This document shows, piece by piece, positions 37,560-48,163 of a DNA stretch of 64,000 nt; within the stretch, counting starts at the first letter, position 1; every line of letters starts with the position of its first letter. Below the pieces are notes generated by a model, which was given only the letters and a program-made list of their open reading frames with translations, had not been told where the DNA came from and did not search any database. Origin of the DNA: Armatimonadota bacterium (lineage in GTDB: Bacteria > Armatimonadota > UBA5829 > JAUSEB01); the NCBI GenBank assembly GCA_030649165.1, contig JAUSGG010000024.1:7005-71004 (forward strand), read 5' to 3'. The translations under genes were made by a program, and so were the position numbers.

Positions 37560-38140
37560 TGATAGAGGCTATACTGCTGTCTCTCATCGTCGCGTACGTC
37601 AGGAAGGGCAATATCAGGCGTTTGGGCGAGCTGGACCTCCGCCACACCTGGCTGATCTTCGCTGCCGCTGTCTTCATTGGCCTCCTTTTCATCTTCACAA
37701 AGTACGTTCCAGGGATGGCGTTCCTGGGCAGGCTGACGTCGGTCTCGCACCTCGCCGCATATCTCGTAGCCCTTATAGTCATTGTGCTCAACCGCCGTTT
37801 GCCCGGAATGGCTCTCGTCGGGCTCGGAGCGGCGCTCAATTTTGCGGTTATTTCCGTCAACGGGGGCAAGATGCCGGTTTCGTACGAGGCGGCCAAGTAC
37901 GCCAATATGGAGAAGGCCCTGCGTAACGACCTCGTCCGTCATTGCAGGATCGACGAGAACACCCGACTGGCTGTTCTCGCCGACGTCATCCCGCTGAAAT
38001 GGCCGTCGTTTCACCCCGGGGTCATGAGCGTCGGCGATATCATTCTAGATGTCGGATTGTTCGTCCTTGTTCAGTACGGCGTCTGCCCGCGAAAGCGAAG
38101 CGTCAAGGAGCTTGTCGGGGGAGCAGATCCCGCCGGCTGA
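37559..38140 (+). CDS. DUF5317-family membrane protein
   Basis: Motifs GAALNFAVISVNGGKMPV and LADVI..SVGD; start overlaps the HD-GYP stop. Confidence 0.85.
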   Translation: MIEAILLSLIVAYVRKGNIRRLGELDLRHTWLIFAAAVFIGLLFIFTKYVPGMAFLGRLTSVSHLAAYLVALIVIVLNRRLPGMALVGLGAALNFAVISVNGGKMPVSYEAAKYANMEKALRNDLVRHCRIDENTRLAVLADVIPLKWPSFHPGVMSVGDIILDVGLFVLVQYGVCPRKRSVKELVGGADPAG

Positions 38141-38316
38141 CATTCTCCCTCTCCCTGGAAGGGAGAGGGAACGTGCTATTGTGAGCCGCCGTATTCCCCC
38201 TCTCCCTGGAAGGGAGAGGGCAGGGGTGAGGGTTGAAGTGATCTAACCTCCAACCTCTAACTTCTAACCTCTAAACCGGGGTGAGGGTTGAACCTACCGC
38301 TATGACCCGCTGACCT

Positions 38317-39969
38317 ATGCCAAAGAAACCTTCCCAACCTGATCGGGGCGACATCTACAGCTCGATCCTCCTCTTAATCCTCATCATCGGGCTCGCTCTA
38401 AGAATATGGGGGATCTTCTGGACCCTCCCCACGTCCGGTGGCTATTCCTATCACCCCGACGAGATTTTCCAGATCGCGTCCGCGGAGAAGATCGACCTGG
38501 GCGCGCTTAATCTGAACCCTCAGTTTTACAACTACGGCGCGATGTATATGTACCTGGTCAGCGCTCTCATGTCGCTCGGGGCGAGCGTTGGACTGACAAG
38601 TCGCCTTGTCCTGGTGGACTGGTATCTGATCGCCCGATTGCTGACAGCGCTCCTGGGCGCCGTGACACCATACCTGGTCTTTCTGACCGCATCGCGCCTG
38701 TTCGATCGCAAGGTCGGTCTTGCCGCCGCGCTTCTGGCCGCGATTACGCCCGTCGCGGTCGTTCACTCGCATTTCGCGACGGTCGACGCGCCGGCGACTT
38801 TCTGGGTGGCGGCCTGCCTCGCAACGTCGGCTCGGCTTGCGCGCGGGGCGTCGATCCGGTCCATCATATTCGCCGGCCTGTTCGCGGGATTCGCGGGAGC
38901 GACGAAGTACACGACGGCGATAGTCCTCATCGCCCCGCTCGTCGCATTGCTCGCGGAGCGCGAAGCGCCGTTCTCGAAGAAGCTGCCGCCCGTTGGGCTG
39001 GCGATTGCCGCGGCCCTCGCCGGCTTCGTAATCGGCAACCCCGGCTGCGTCCTCTGGGCCGACCAGTTCGGGAAGGGCTTTCTCTATGAGTTCTCCCACG
39101 CACGGCAGGGACACGGACTCGTCTTCGTGAACACCGGGCCCGGCTGGCTGTTCCACATTCGAAGCTCACTTCTGTACGGGTTGGGACTCCCGTATCTGCT
39201 GCTTTCTCTCGCCGGGCTGTGCGTGATCGCCCGGCAGCGGCGAAGGGAGAGTTGGTTCCTTCTGGCCTTCGCGCTCGTATACTTTGCCACGATCAGCCTG
39301 TCACCGGTCCGATTCGCCCGCTACGTGATCCCGCTTACACCAGTCCTGGCGATTACGGCGGCCGCCGCAATCGTGAACGGCTTCGACTCCATCGCCCGTC
39401 TCAGATGGGGAAGGCTCCGCGCCAGGCAGACCCTGCTGGTCTCCTGGCTCGTCGTCTGTGTAGGCGCGCTGTACTACACGCTCAGCTACTCGATGGCTCT
39501 TGACCGGCTGTTTGATGACAAGGACCCGCGGTTCGAGTCCGTTGCCTGGATCAAGGCCCACGTTCCAAAAGGCTCTGCGATTGCGCTGCCGACGAGGCCG
39601 TGGTTTTACAGCCCGGCGTTCAGCGAATGGTTCACGCATCCGCTGCCGGAGGAGCGTTTCCTCGGTTTGTCGAGGGTCAAGGATTACCGGCTGCTCGCAA
39701 ATCCGGATTTGGAATGGGACTCCGACCTGCTTCGCTCGGCGCGCCCGGACTATGTCGTCGTGTCGGATTACGAGGACCTGGACGCCGTGCGCGCCAAGGA
39801 CCCCGCCGCGCTGGAGTATCTGCGCATACTGCGCGCCCGCTACGCCGTCGCCGCGGTGATAGCGGATAGGCTGCGCGGAGGAGGTCTCGATTTCGGAACG
39901 CCCGAGCATTTGCCGCACGATCTCAAGTACGCGTCTCCGCGGCTGACGATATATAAGAGGCGGACCTGA
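38317..39969 (+). CDS. GT-C membrane glycosyltransferase (PMT/ArnT-like)
   Basis: HPDE loop, HSHFATVD, ATKY and RFARY; many TM segments. Confidence 0.85.
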   Translation: MPKKPSQPDRGDIYSSILLLILIIGLALRIWGIFWTLPTSGGYSYHPDEIFQIASAEKIDLGALNLNPQFYNYGAMYMYLVSALMSLGASVGLTSRLVLVDWYLIARLLTALLGAVTPYLVFLTASRLFDRKVGLAAALLAAITPVAVVHSHFATVDAPATFWVAACLATSARLARGASIRSIIFAGLFAGFAGATKYTTAIVLIAPLVALLAEREAPFSKKLPPVGLAIAAALAGFVIGNPGCVLWADQFGKGFLYEFSHARQGHGLVFVNTGPGWLFHIRSSLLYGLGLPYLLLSLAGLCVIARQRRRESWFLLAFALVYFATISLSPVRFARYVIPLTPVLAITAAAAIVNGFDSIARLRWGRLRARQTLLVSWLVVCVGALYYTLSYSMALDRLFDDKDPRFESVAWIKAHVPKGSAIALPTRPWFYSPAFSEWFTHPLPEERFLGLSRVKDYRLLANPDLEWDSDLLRSARPDYVVVSDYEDLDAVRAKDPAALEYLRILRARYAVAAVIADRLRGGGLDFGTPEHLPHDLKYASPRLTIYKRRT

Positions 39970-40856
39970 TGGACCGAATGGCCCAGCGGTTCCTCGATTA
40001 TCTACTGGTGGAGCGGGGGCTGTCGCGGAACACGATAGCCTCCTACGGACTGGATATCGCCCAGTTCATCGCGTACGCCGCCGGGCGCGACGTGGGATCG
40101 CCCCAGGCTCTGACCGAGGAGCTGATCCTGGGCTACACCGCATGGCTGCTCGAGAAGAACTACGCCGCCACCAGCGCCGCCCGCAAGTCCTCCGCCGTCA
40201 AAGGTCTCTGCAGGTTCCTCTATACCGAGAAAGCCATCGAGAAAGACATAGCCGCTGTCATCGAACACCCTCAGACGCCGAAAAGGCTGCCGGACACGCT
40301 TACGAGGGATGAAGTCATCTCGCTGCTGAGCCGGCCGGACGTCTCGACGGACGGCGGTCTGAGGGATCGCGCCATACTCGAAACGCTATATGCCACGGGC
40401 CTGCGGGTTTCCGAGCTCATCGGGCTGACCGTGGGCTCGGTCGATCTCGAAATCGGCTTCGTCCGATGCATAGGGAAAGGCTCGAAAGAACGCATAACGC
40501 CCATCGGTGAGATAGCCTCGGACTACGTCCGGCAATACGTGTCCCGATGCCGCCCCGCTTTGGTGGGAAGCGCGCGCGTGGACGGGCTGTTCCTGTCGCG
40601 CCGGGGGAAGCCCCTGTCCCGCGTTTCCATCTGGAAGCTGATCCGCAAGTACGCTCTCCAGGCGGGCATCACCAAGCCGCTCACGCCCCACACGCTGCGC
40701 CACTCGTTTGCGACACACCTGCTGGAAGGCGGCGCGGACATAAAGTCGATCCAGGAGATGCTCGGCCACGTCAGCATCGCCACAACGGAGATTTACACTC
40801 ACGTCAGCAGGGAGCAATTGAAGCGCGTGTACAGGGAGTCGCATCCACGGGCGTAG
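39969..40856 (+). CDS. xerD: Tyrosine recombinase XerD
   Basis: ERGLSRNTIASY, LYATGLRVSEL, GKGSKER, PHTLRHSFATHLL and LGHVSIATTEIYTH. Confidence 0.9.
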   Translation: MDRMAQRFLDYLLVERGLSRNTIASYGLDIAQFIAYAAGRDVGSPQALTEELILGYTAWLLEKNYAATSAARKSSAVKGLCRFLYTEKAIEKDIAAVIEHPQTPKRLPDTLTRDEVISLLSRPDVSTDGGLRDRAILETLYATGLRVSELIGLTVGSVDLEIGFVRCIGKGSKERITPIGEIASDYVRQYVSRCRPALVGSARVDGLFLSRRGKPLSRVSIWKLIRKYALQAGITKPLTPHTLRHSFATHLLEGGADIKSIQEMLGHVSIATTEIYTHVSREQLKRVYRESHPRA

Positions 40857-41202
40857 CGGCTAGCTGTTAGTTGTTGGTTGTCAGTTGTCGGTTCACTGGT
40901 CACTGATGCCATTTCCGCCCGGTATTGCGCTGTTTCGGGGCGGTTTCGTATCAGGACTAAGCTATTCCGCGCACGTTTCAGCGCGTTTCCGCACGTTTTA
41001 CTGTCGTTTTACCTGCGTTTTCAAATACCCCGGTTCGGGTCGCTGCTGAGTCACGATCGACACACTAACGGCAACGATCCAAATCGGGCGGAGGACGCGG
41101 ATGGGAGGGCTTTTGGCTATCGGCGGCGGGCTCGTCCACGCTCCCAACGCCGGCCGGCAGAGGCAGGAGTTCCGCCATCAACTGTCTAAGGTATCTGCAA
41201 CC

Positions 41203-42804
41203 ATGAGAAATACCTTGTTCTACGGCGACAACCTGGACATTATGCGCGAGCACATCGCGGACGAGTCGGTCGATCTGATCTACCTCGATCCGCCTTTCAA
41301 CTCCGCGCGGGACTATAATGTGCTCTTTAAGCAGGCAAAGCGCGATGAGAATCAGGCCCAGATAGCAGCGTTTTCGGACACGTGGCAGTGGAGCAAGCGG
41401 CGATACGAGGAGTTCTTCGACGACAGCGGGAACAGCGAGTTGTTCAACCTGGTCGAGTCGCTTTACCGCATCCTCGGCCAAAGCGAGATGATGGCATATC
41501 TGGTTATGATGGCGCCCAGGCTAATGGACATACGCCGCGTGCTCACCCGTACGGGCAGCGTGTGCTTGCACTGTGATCCTATCGCGTCGCACTATCTGAA
41601 GGTAATGCTTGACGTGGTTTTCGGCCCCAGGAGCTTCCGCAATGAGATCATCTGGAAGCGCACCACATCACACGGCAACGTGGTCAACAAACATGGGTGG
41701 ATTCACGATACCATTTTATGGTACACCAAGAGCAACCGGTGGACTTGGAATCAGCAGTATTCGGAGTATGACCCAGCTTACATCGACAGCACATATCGCT
41801 TTGTGGAGAAAAACACCGGACGAAGATATACGCTCGACAATATTACGGCGCCAATGTCGCGCGCGTCTCGGGGACAGATTTACGAGTGGAAAGGCTATCG
41901 GCCCGGTCCGTCTCGTTGTTGGGTATACGCGACAGAGAAGATGGAAGAACTCGACCGCCAGGGTCGGCTTCACTACACCAAGACCGGAGGCGTGAGATAT
42001 ATTCGTTATCTGGATGAGATGCCCGGTACCAAGACCCAGGACATCTGGACTGACATTCCAATAGCGGCCAGAAACGAATCGTTAGGGTACCCTACTCAGA
42101 AACCTCTCGCCCTGCTCGAGCGAATCCTGAAGGCATCCTCCAACCCGGATGATGTGGTCCTCGATCCCTTCTGCGGCTGCGGTACCGCCGTAGTGGCCGC
42201 GGAGAAGCTCGGAAGGAAATGGATGGGCATAGACATCACGTTTATTGCCATAGACCTGATGATCAGCCGTCTGGCTAAGGACTTCGGCCTGAAGCGAGGC
42301 CACGATTACGACGTTATTGGTGATCCTAAAGACGCTTATTCCGCCCGCAAGCTGTTCGAGGAAAGCCCGAAACAGTTCGAGATATGGGCGATAGGGCTGG
42401 TCGCCGGTGTTCCCCAGCCGGAGAAGAGCGCGGACAGGGGTGTTGACGGCAAGGTGTACTTCATGGACCTGGAGGGCAATCTGCAATGGGCGGTATGTCA
42501 GGTCAAAGGCGGGCATCTGACACCGACCGTTATCCGGGATCTTTCTCACGTTATCCAGCGCGACAAAGCGGCAATGGGCTTTTTCATCTGCCTGGGAACG
42601 CCCACAAGAGGAATGTATCAAGAAGCGGAGGAACTCGGCTTTTTCGAGGCCCCCAGCGGACGGAAAATCCCCAAGCTCCAGATACGCACGATTGAGCAAT
42701 TGCTGGAAGGCAAGGAGTTCGACTACCCGAAAGGTTACTCCCTGAAGAGCGGCGGAAAACGGCTGGCGCGCGAGGGGGAGCAGACGGAGCTGGGGTTGGA
42801 ATGA
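41203..42804 (+). CDS. Beta-class N6/N4 DNA methyltransferase fused to a C-terminal Mrr-like nuclease domain
   Basis: YLDPPFNS precedes DPFCGCGT; YPTQKP; C-terminal DRGVDG..QVKGG. Confidence 0.88.
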   Translation: MRNTLFYGDNLDIMREHIADESVDLIYLDPPFNSARDYNVLFKQAKRDENQAQIAAFSDTWQWSKRRYEEFFDDSGNSELFNLVESLYRILGQSEMMAYLVMMAPRLMDIRRVLTRTGSVCLHCDPIASHYLKVMLDVVFGPRSFRNEIIWKRTTSHGNVVNKHGWIHDTILWYTKSNRWTWNQQYSEYDPAYIDSTYRFVEKNTGRRYTLDNITAPMSRASRGQIYEWKGYRPGPSRCWVYATEKMEELDRQGRLHYTKTGGVRYIRYLDEMPGTKTQDIWTDIPIAARNESLGYPTQKPLALLERILKASSNPDDVVLDPFCGCGTAVVAAEKLGRKWMGIDITFIAIDLMISRLAKDFGLKRGHDYDVIGDPKDAYSARKLFEESPKQFEIWAIGLVAGVPQPEKSADRGVDGKVYFMDLEGNLQWAVCQVKGGHLTPTVIRDLSHVIQRDKAAMGFFICLGTPTRGMYQEAEELGFFEAPSGRKIPKLQIRTIEQLLEGKEFDYPKGYSLKSGGKRLAREGEQTELGLE

Positions 42805-42875
42805 TTTGGCCTGTAGCCGCAGCGCAACGACCGCACGGTAACCGACAGGCCGGCTCGGTTTCCCGCGAGATTCCC

Positions 42876-42953
42876 GTTTCGGGATTTCCGGGTGGGGACG
42901 TGAAGCTGCCTGTTATCGCATTATGTACGACGCCCAACCCTCAAATCCGAAAC
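42876..42953 (-). repeat. GTTTCGGGATTT hairpin element, reverse orientation
   Basis: gtttcgggatttccgggtgggg-N35-cccaaccctcaaatccgaaac. Confidence 0.85.
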
Positions 42954-43076
42954 AACAAACCATTCAGTTAGTGGCTGGAGGACCGTTTTCTTCCGGGTCT
43001 CCGTTTGCTTCGGGACGAAAAGCGTGTCCCGAAGCATAGAAAAGACGAAGCAGCCGGCAGGCAAGTGAGGGTACAA

Positions 43077-44942
43077 ATGCGAGTACTAATGACATTGGCT
43101 GTTGCAGCGGTGATCGTCGCTTGCCCGCTCTTGGGCGCGGCCACAGCCGATTCCGAGGCTCCGGTTGACCCGCGCCTCTCGCGGAAGGTCACCTATGAGG
43201 CCAAACACAAGCCGGTCAAGGTGATCCTGGCCGATTTGTCCCGAATGACCGGTATCACACTCAAGGCCGGGATCACAACGCGGGACTGGCAAGTGCGGGA
43301 CCGGCGGATGAACATCTTCGTCAAAGACCTCCTGCTTCTGAGCCTGATGAACTCAATGGCTCGCGTGATGGACTTCACGTGGGACAAGAACACGAGGCTT
43401 GATCCACCGACCTACCGCATGTACATGGACAGGAAGAAGCTGGCGGCGGCGGAGGCGGCCAAGACCAGGGCGGACCAGAGCTTCCGGCGGCACATGATGG
43501 AACAGCGCGCCAAGTTCGTCGACTACGTTAAGAACCCGCCTGACTATTCACCCGCCGAGCTTGAGAAGCTGAAGGAAGAGAACCCGTATCTGTATCTTCT
43601 CCGCCAGCGCGGGACGGACAGGCTGATGAAGGCGTTCCTGGAGGAAGTCCCCGGATACGAGGAAGCTTTCATGACCTATGAGCGCATCCTGAATCCTCCG
43701 GCCCGCATCCTGTCGGATTCGACGCTCGATCTACTGCTCTCGTGCATGAAAGCCAAAGCCTCTGTGCCGGGAACCAGATGGGGCGGAGGGGCGCCGTTTC
43801 CGGCGGACGTGGATATCGAATGGCTGAAGAAAGGCCTGGTGCGGTTGACCGTACCCACTCCGGAACTGGTGCGCACTGATACGCGGTGGTGCTTCGGCGG
43901 CCTGGGGGCGATAGTAGGACCCACTGAGTTTTACATCGAGGAGCTTAGGGATCCCGAGGATCCCTTTGGCCAGGCGCTTGCGAAAGCCGAGATCGAGTCG
44001 ATGGAGCGGAATGCCCCATACTACGAGGTCAGACGCCAGTCATGGCCCGAGATGGAACGGCTGTTCAGAGAGGACGCCAGGAAGAGGGAGGAGTCGGAGG
44101 GTTGTGAACCTCTTGTCGAGCATGTCGACAAGCCCTGGCTGCGGGAAAAGGTGAAACTGCGGCTCGACAAGGATGATCCCATGAGTCTGCGAAACGTTCT
44201 GGACTCGCTGGCGGAGGCGTCCGGTTACAACGTGGTCTCGGACAGCTTCAAACTGACCTTCGTTGTGGGCAATATGAGCGCCGTTGAGCAGGAGTTGACG
44301 GATACCCTTGCGGTGATCTCCGACTACTACGGCTACAACTGGAACAAGCATGGCTCAATCCTGGAGTTCAGGGACCGCAACTGGTTCAGAAGGCGAAGGA
44401 CCCAGATTCCCGACGAGTGGATGGAACGCTGGAAAGCCAATTTCAAGGCAAACGGCGAGGCCGTGCTTGATGACATCGCCCAAATGGCCGCGCTCCCCTT
44501 CGAGCAGTTGGACGAAAACGTGGACACGGAGCCGGTCTTTCAGATGTCTGATGGGTTTATCTGGACCATACGAAATGGACGTGGAATGCTGAGGGTCTAC
44601 AACTCGTTTAGCCCATCGCAGCGAAAAGCGCTGTTGAGGACCGGAGTCGAGTTCGGGGGGCTCACGCCCGAGCAGCGGGAACTGGCCGTGGACGCGTTTG
44701 AGCCAATGGACACGATGGAATGGAACCCGCCCAGGTTCTGGGAGGACCCCGACGAAAGATTGGTGTTTACGGGACGCTTCGACCGTCCCGCTGAGGGCGA
44801 GCCCACCTTTATCCTACGAGTCACCGGAAGGCAGGGAAAGGTTTACGTTGAAAAGGCCATCGCGCTGCGGAAGTACGTAGAACCGCCAAAGCCGGCGCCG
44901 GAGAAGGAAGAAGCGCGGAAGAATACGTCGGCTGGGAAGTAG
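43077..44942 (+). CDS. Secreted protein with repeated STN/secretin-N-like segments
   Basis: Signal peptide; DPRLSRKVT..LADLSRMTGI and KVKL..LRNVLDSLAEASGYNVVSD; paralog at 62377. Confidence 0.65.
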   Translation: MRVLMTLAVAAVIVACPLLGAATADSEAPVDPRLSRKVTYEAKHKPVKVILADLSRMTGITLKAGITTRDWQVRDRRMNIFVKDLLLLSLMNSMARVMDFTWDKNTRLDPPTYRMYMDRKKLAAAEAAKTRADQSFRRHMMEQRAKFVDYVKNPPDYSPAELEKLKEENPYLYLLRQRGTDRLMKAFLEEVPGYEEAFMTYERILNPPARILSDSTLDLLLSCMKAKASVPGTRWGGGAPFPADVDIEWLKKGLVRLTVPTPELVRTDTRWCFGGLGAIVGPTEFYIEELRDPEDPFGQALAKAEIESMERNAPYYEVRRQSWPEMERLFREDARKREESEGCEPLVEHVDKPWLREKVKLRLDKDDPMSLRNVLDSLAEASGYNVVSDSFKLTFVVGNMSAVEQELTDTLAVISDYYGYNWNKHGSILEFRDRNWFRRRRTQIPDEWMERWKANFKANGEAVLDDIAQMAALPFEQLDENVDTEPVFQMSDGFIWTIRNGRGMLRVYNSFSPSQRKALLRTGVEFGGLTPEQRELAVDAFEPMDTMEWNPPRFWEDPDERLVFTGRFDRPAEGEPTFILRVTGRQGKVYVEKAIALRKYVEPPKPAPEKEEARKNTSAGK

Positions 44943-44988
44943 GGATGTGTATCAGGTCAGGTGTTGGGTGACGGGGGCGGAGTATTTC

Positions 44989-45033
44989 GGTCTCGCTGCT
45001 TCGGCTGTGCTGCCGAAGCAGCGAGACCTTCTT
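44989..45033 (+). terminator. Perfect 17-bp stem-loop after the 43077 gene
   Basis: ggtctcgctgcttcggc-tgtgct-gccgaagcagcgagacc followed by ttctt. Confidence 0.55.
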
Positions 45034-45388
45034 GATCTCCTGAATGAGAGGCAACGGGACATGGATGTCCAGAGACGCGAGCCCCGGACATGGATGTCCC
45101 GAGCTATCACGGTTTGCGACATTGCGACAGCCGTATATATAGTGTCTGTCGTGTCGCAATGCGCCGCTATCGGAGTTGGCATGAGCCGTGAACCATCAAC
45201 CATGAACCATACCACCAACCTTGTAAGAGTTCAGGAATGGGTAGAATTGTATCACCCTCACCCTAACCCTCTCCCGTCAAGGGAGAGGGGATTACGCTCG
45301 TCTTCTTCCGAGGACGGAGGAATAACGACCGACAGTCTACCTAATCGTGAACAGTTACCCAACCTTTCTGTGTTACCCAACCTTTCTG

Positions 45389-45417
45389 TTGACACTACTC
45401 CACCCGTCTGGTAGTAT
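45389..45417 (+). promoter_or_regulatory. Sigma70-type promoter of guaB3-guaA-hpt
   Basis: TTGACA-17 bp-TAGTAT, preceded by the tandem 18-mer gttacccaacctttctgt x2. Confidence 0.65.
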
Positions 45418-45449
45418 ATCTCGAAAAGCCCCCCGGAGGAACGCAAACG

Positions 45450-46610
45450 TTGGAGGTTAACGTCGGCGGAAGAAAGACAGCCAAAAGAGCCTATGGTTTT
45501 GATGAGGTCGCGGTCGTACCGTCCACAGTAAGCGTGGATATCGCGGATGTCGATACGGGCTGGTACATCCACGATCTGTGCTTCTCGATTCCCATCCTCG
45601 CGTCCGCAATGGACGGAGCAGTCGATGTCCGATTGGCCGCGGAACTGACCAGATTAGGCGGGCTGGCCGTCCTGAACCTCGAAGGCGTTCACTCCCGGTA
45701 CGAAGATCCCTATGCCGCAATTGATAAGATAATCAGCGCCGACGCCGACGGCGTAATCCCTGTCATACAAGATATCTATAAGGCCCCCATCAAGCGCGAG
45801 TTGGCGGCGCGAACGGTCAAAGAGATGAAAGCGGCCGGGGCCAAGGTGGCGGTGTCCGCCACGCCCGTGGTCGCCGAGGATTTGGCCGAAGCGGTCTTCG
45901 AGGCCGGGGCGGACATATTTGTTATCCAGTCCACCGTCACCGCGGTAGAGTACGTTTCGCGCAACAGCTCCGGTGTCTCGATCACCGACTTCTGCAGGAA
46001 CTCTCCGGTCCCCGTCATCGTCGGTAATTGTGTAGACTACGCGGGCGCCACGGCTTTGATGAAGGCGGGCGCGGACGCCGTCCTGGTGGGCGTTGGGCCC
46101 GGAGCGGCGTGCACGACTCGTAAGGTATGTGGCATAGGCGTGCCGCAGGTGACGGCCACCGCGGATTGCGCCGCCGCGCGCGATGACTACGAGGCGGAAA
46201 CCGGCAGATACGTGCCGATGATCACCGACGGCGGTATGCGCACCGGCGGCGATATAGTCAAGGCGATAGTGAGCGGCGCGGACGCGGTCATGATCGGTTC
46301 GCCGATCGCCGGCGCCGCGGAGGCCCCGGGCAAGGGGTACCACTGGGGGATGTCCACATTCCATCCCGGCCTCCCAAGAGGCACGCGCATTAACGTAGGG
46401 ATTCAGGGAAACCTGGAAGAGATTCTCTATGGCCCGGCCAAGACCGACAACGGGACAATGAACCTCATTGGGGCTCTGAGACTGGCAATGAGCTATTGCG
46501 GCTCCAAAACCATAAAAGATTTGCAGAAGGCGGAACTCATAATAGCGCCTGCCTTGCCTATGGAGGGCAAGACGCAGCAGCGCGCGCAAGGTGTCGGCCA
46601 ATGGCGTTGA
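45450..46610 (+). CDS. IMP dehydrogenase family protein (GuaB3 type)
   Basis: [23 protein letters not shown] and [10 protein letters not shown]; no CBS domains; upstream of guaA. Confidence 0.9.
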   Translation: MEVNVGGRKTAKRAYGFDEVAVVPSTVSVDIADVDTGWYIHDLCFSIPILASAMDGAVDVRLAAELTRLGGLAVLNLEGVHSRYEDPYAAIDKIISADADGVIPVIQDIYKAPIKRELAARTVKEMKAAGAKVAVSATPVVAEDLAEAVFEAGADIFVIQSTVTAVEYVSRNSSGVSITDFCRNSPVPVIVGNCVDYAGATALMKAGADAVLVGVGPGAACTTRKVCGIGVPQVTATADCAAARDDYEAETGRYVPMITDGGMRTGGDIVKAIVSGADAVMIGSPIAGAAEAPGKGYHWGMSTFHPGLPRGTRINVGIQGNLEEILYGPAKTDNGTMNLIGALRLAMSYCGSKTIKDLQKAELIIAPALPMEGKTQQRAQGVGQWR

Positions 46611-48157
46611 AGGGCCGGAACTCCTCTCCACGGCAGTTGGTCATAGTACTCGACTTCGGAGCGCAGTACAGCCAGCTCATCGCAAGGCGGATCAGAGAAT
46701 GCAAGGTCTACTGCGAAATCCTGCCTTACGACACGCCTCTCAAAGAGCTGCTGGCTCGCGAGCCGGTGGGGATAGTCTTCTCCGGCGGGCCGTCGAGCGT
46801 GTATGAGGAAAACGCGCCTTCGTGCGACCCCAAGCTTTACGAGGCCGGAGTCCCGATCCTCGGCATTTGCTACGGAATGCAGTTGATGGCGCATCAGCTA
46901 GGCGGAGGTGTTGCGCCGGGCGCGCGGCGAGAGTTCGGCAAGACCGAACTGGACGTGCTGGACAGCTCCGACCTTTTCGCCGGCCTCAACCCGGAACTTA
47001 TCTGCTGGATGAGTCACGGGGACGCCGTTCAAAGTCCGCCACCGGGGTTCAAGGTCACCGCGCGGACGATGAACTCGCCGGTCGCGGCGATGTCGAACGC
47101 GCGGCGCAAGCTGTACGGAGTGCAGTTTCACCCGGAAGTCGTCCACACGCCGTGGGGCGTTGAGACGATTCGCAACTTTCTCTATCAAGCGTGTGGCTGC
47201 AAAGGCCTCTGGACGATGGAGTCCTTCGTTCAGCAGGCGACCGAGTGGATACGTGAGGAAGTCGGCGACAAGTCGATCATCTGCGGTCTGAGCGGCGGGA
47301 TCGACTCGGCCACGGTCGCGGCCCTGGTCCACAGAGCGGTGGGAGACCAGCTTACGTGCATTTTCGTCGATCACGGGCTTATGAGGATGGACGAGGGCTC
47401 GAAGGTCCGCGAGACGTTCGAAGAGTTCTTCAAGATGAAGCTGGTGTACGCCGATTCGGCCGAAAGGTTCCTCGTGCGATTGGACGGCGTGAGCGACCCC
47501 GAACTCAAGAGGCGGATAATCGGCGAGGAGTTCATCCGCGTGTTCGAGGAGGAGTCGAAACGGCTCCCCCAGGTGGACTACCTGGCGCAGGGCACGCTTT
47601 ATCCCGACGTTATCGAGAGCGGGACGCGCTCCGCGGCAAAGATCAAGACACACCATAACGTAGGTGGGCTTCCGGAGAATATGGACTTCAAGCTGGTGGA
47701 GCCCCTGCGGAACCTGTTTAAGGATGAAGTAAGGGCGCTTGCGGAAGAGCTCGGGCTGCCGTCGGATATGGTATGGCGCCAGCCTTTCCCTGGTCCCGGA
47801 CTGGCAATCAGAATACTCGGAGAGGTCACCAAGGAGCGCCTCGAAATTTTGAGGCAAGCCGACGCGGTGGTTGTGGAAGAAATAAAGCGAGCCGGTATGT
47901 ATCGCCGCGTATGGCAGGCGTTCGCGGTTCTCGCCCCCATCAAAAGCGTCGGCGTTATGGGCGACCAGCGCACCTACGAAAACACGATTGTCCTCCGGGC
48001 CGTGACGAGCGAAGACGCGATGACCGCCGACTGGGCCAGGCTGCCCTACGAAGTCCTGGAGCGAATAAGCAACAGGGTCATAAACGAGGTCAACGGCGTC
48101 AACAGGGTCGTGTTCGACATAAGCTCCAAGCCGCCCGCGACTATCGAGTGGGAGTGA
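46601..48157 (+). CDS. guaA: GMP synthase (glutamine-hydrolysing)
   Basis: [36 protein letters not shown] and KPPATIEWE. Confidence 0.98.
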   Translation: MALKGRNSSPRQLVIVLDFGAQYSQLIARRIRECKVYCEILPYDTPLKELLAREPVGIVFSGGPSSVYEENAPSCDPKLYEAGVPILGICYGMQLMAHQLGGGVAPGARREFGKTELDVLDSSDLFAGLNPELICWMSHGDAVQSPPPGFKVTARTMNSPVAAMSNARRKLYGVQFHPEVVHTPWGVETIRNFLYQACGCKGLWTMESFVQQATEWIREEVGDKSIICGLSGGIDSATVAALVHRAVGDQLTCIFVDHGLMRMDEGSKVRETFEEFFKMKLVYADSAERFLVRLDGVSDPELKRRIIGEEFIRVFEEESKRLPQVDYLAQGTLYPDVIESGTRSAAKIKTHHNVGGLPENMDFKLVEPLRNLFKDEVRALAEELGLPSDMVWRQPFPGPGLAIRILGEVTKERLEILRQADAVVVEEIKRAGMYRRVWQAFAVLAPIKSVGVMGDQRTYENTIVLRAVTSEDAMTADWARLPYEVLERISNRVINEVNGVNRVVFDISSKPPATIEWE

Positions 48158-48163
48158 TTAACG

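Noticed and set aside
39969-40856. Prophage or island integrase
   Set aside because: Length and motifs fit chromosomal XerD; it is coupled to the upstream GT-C gene and no phage genes are nearby.
44945-45450. Purine riboswitch upstream of guaB3-guaA
   Set aside because: The consensus core is absent and the best promoter lies only ~30 bp before the start codon.
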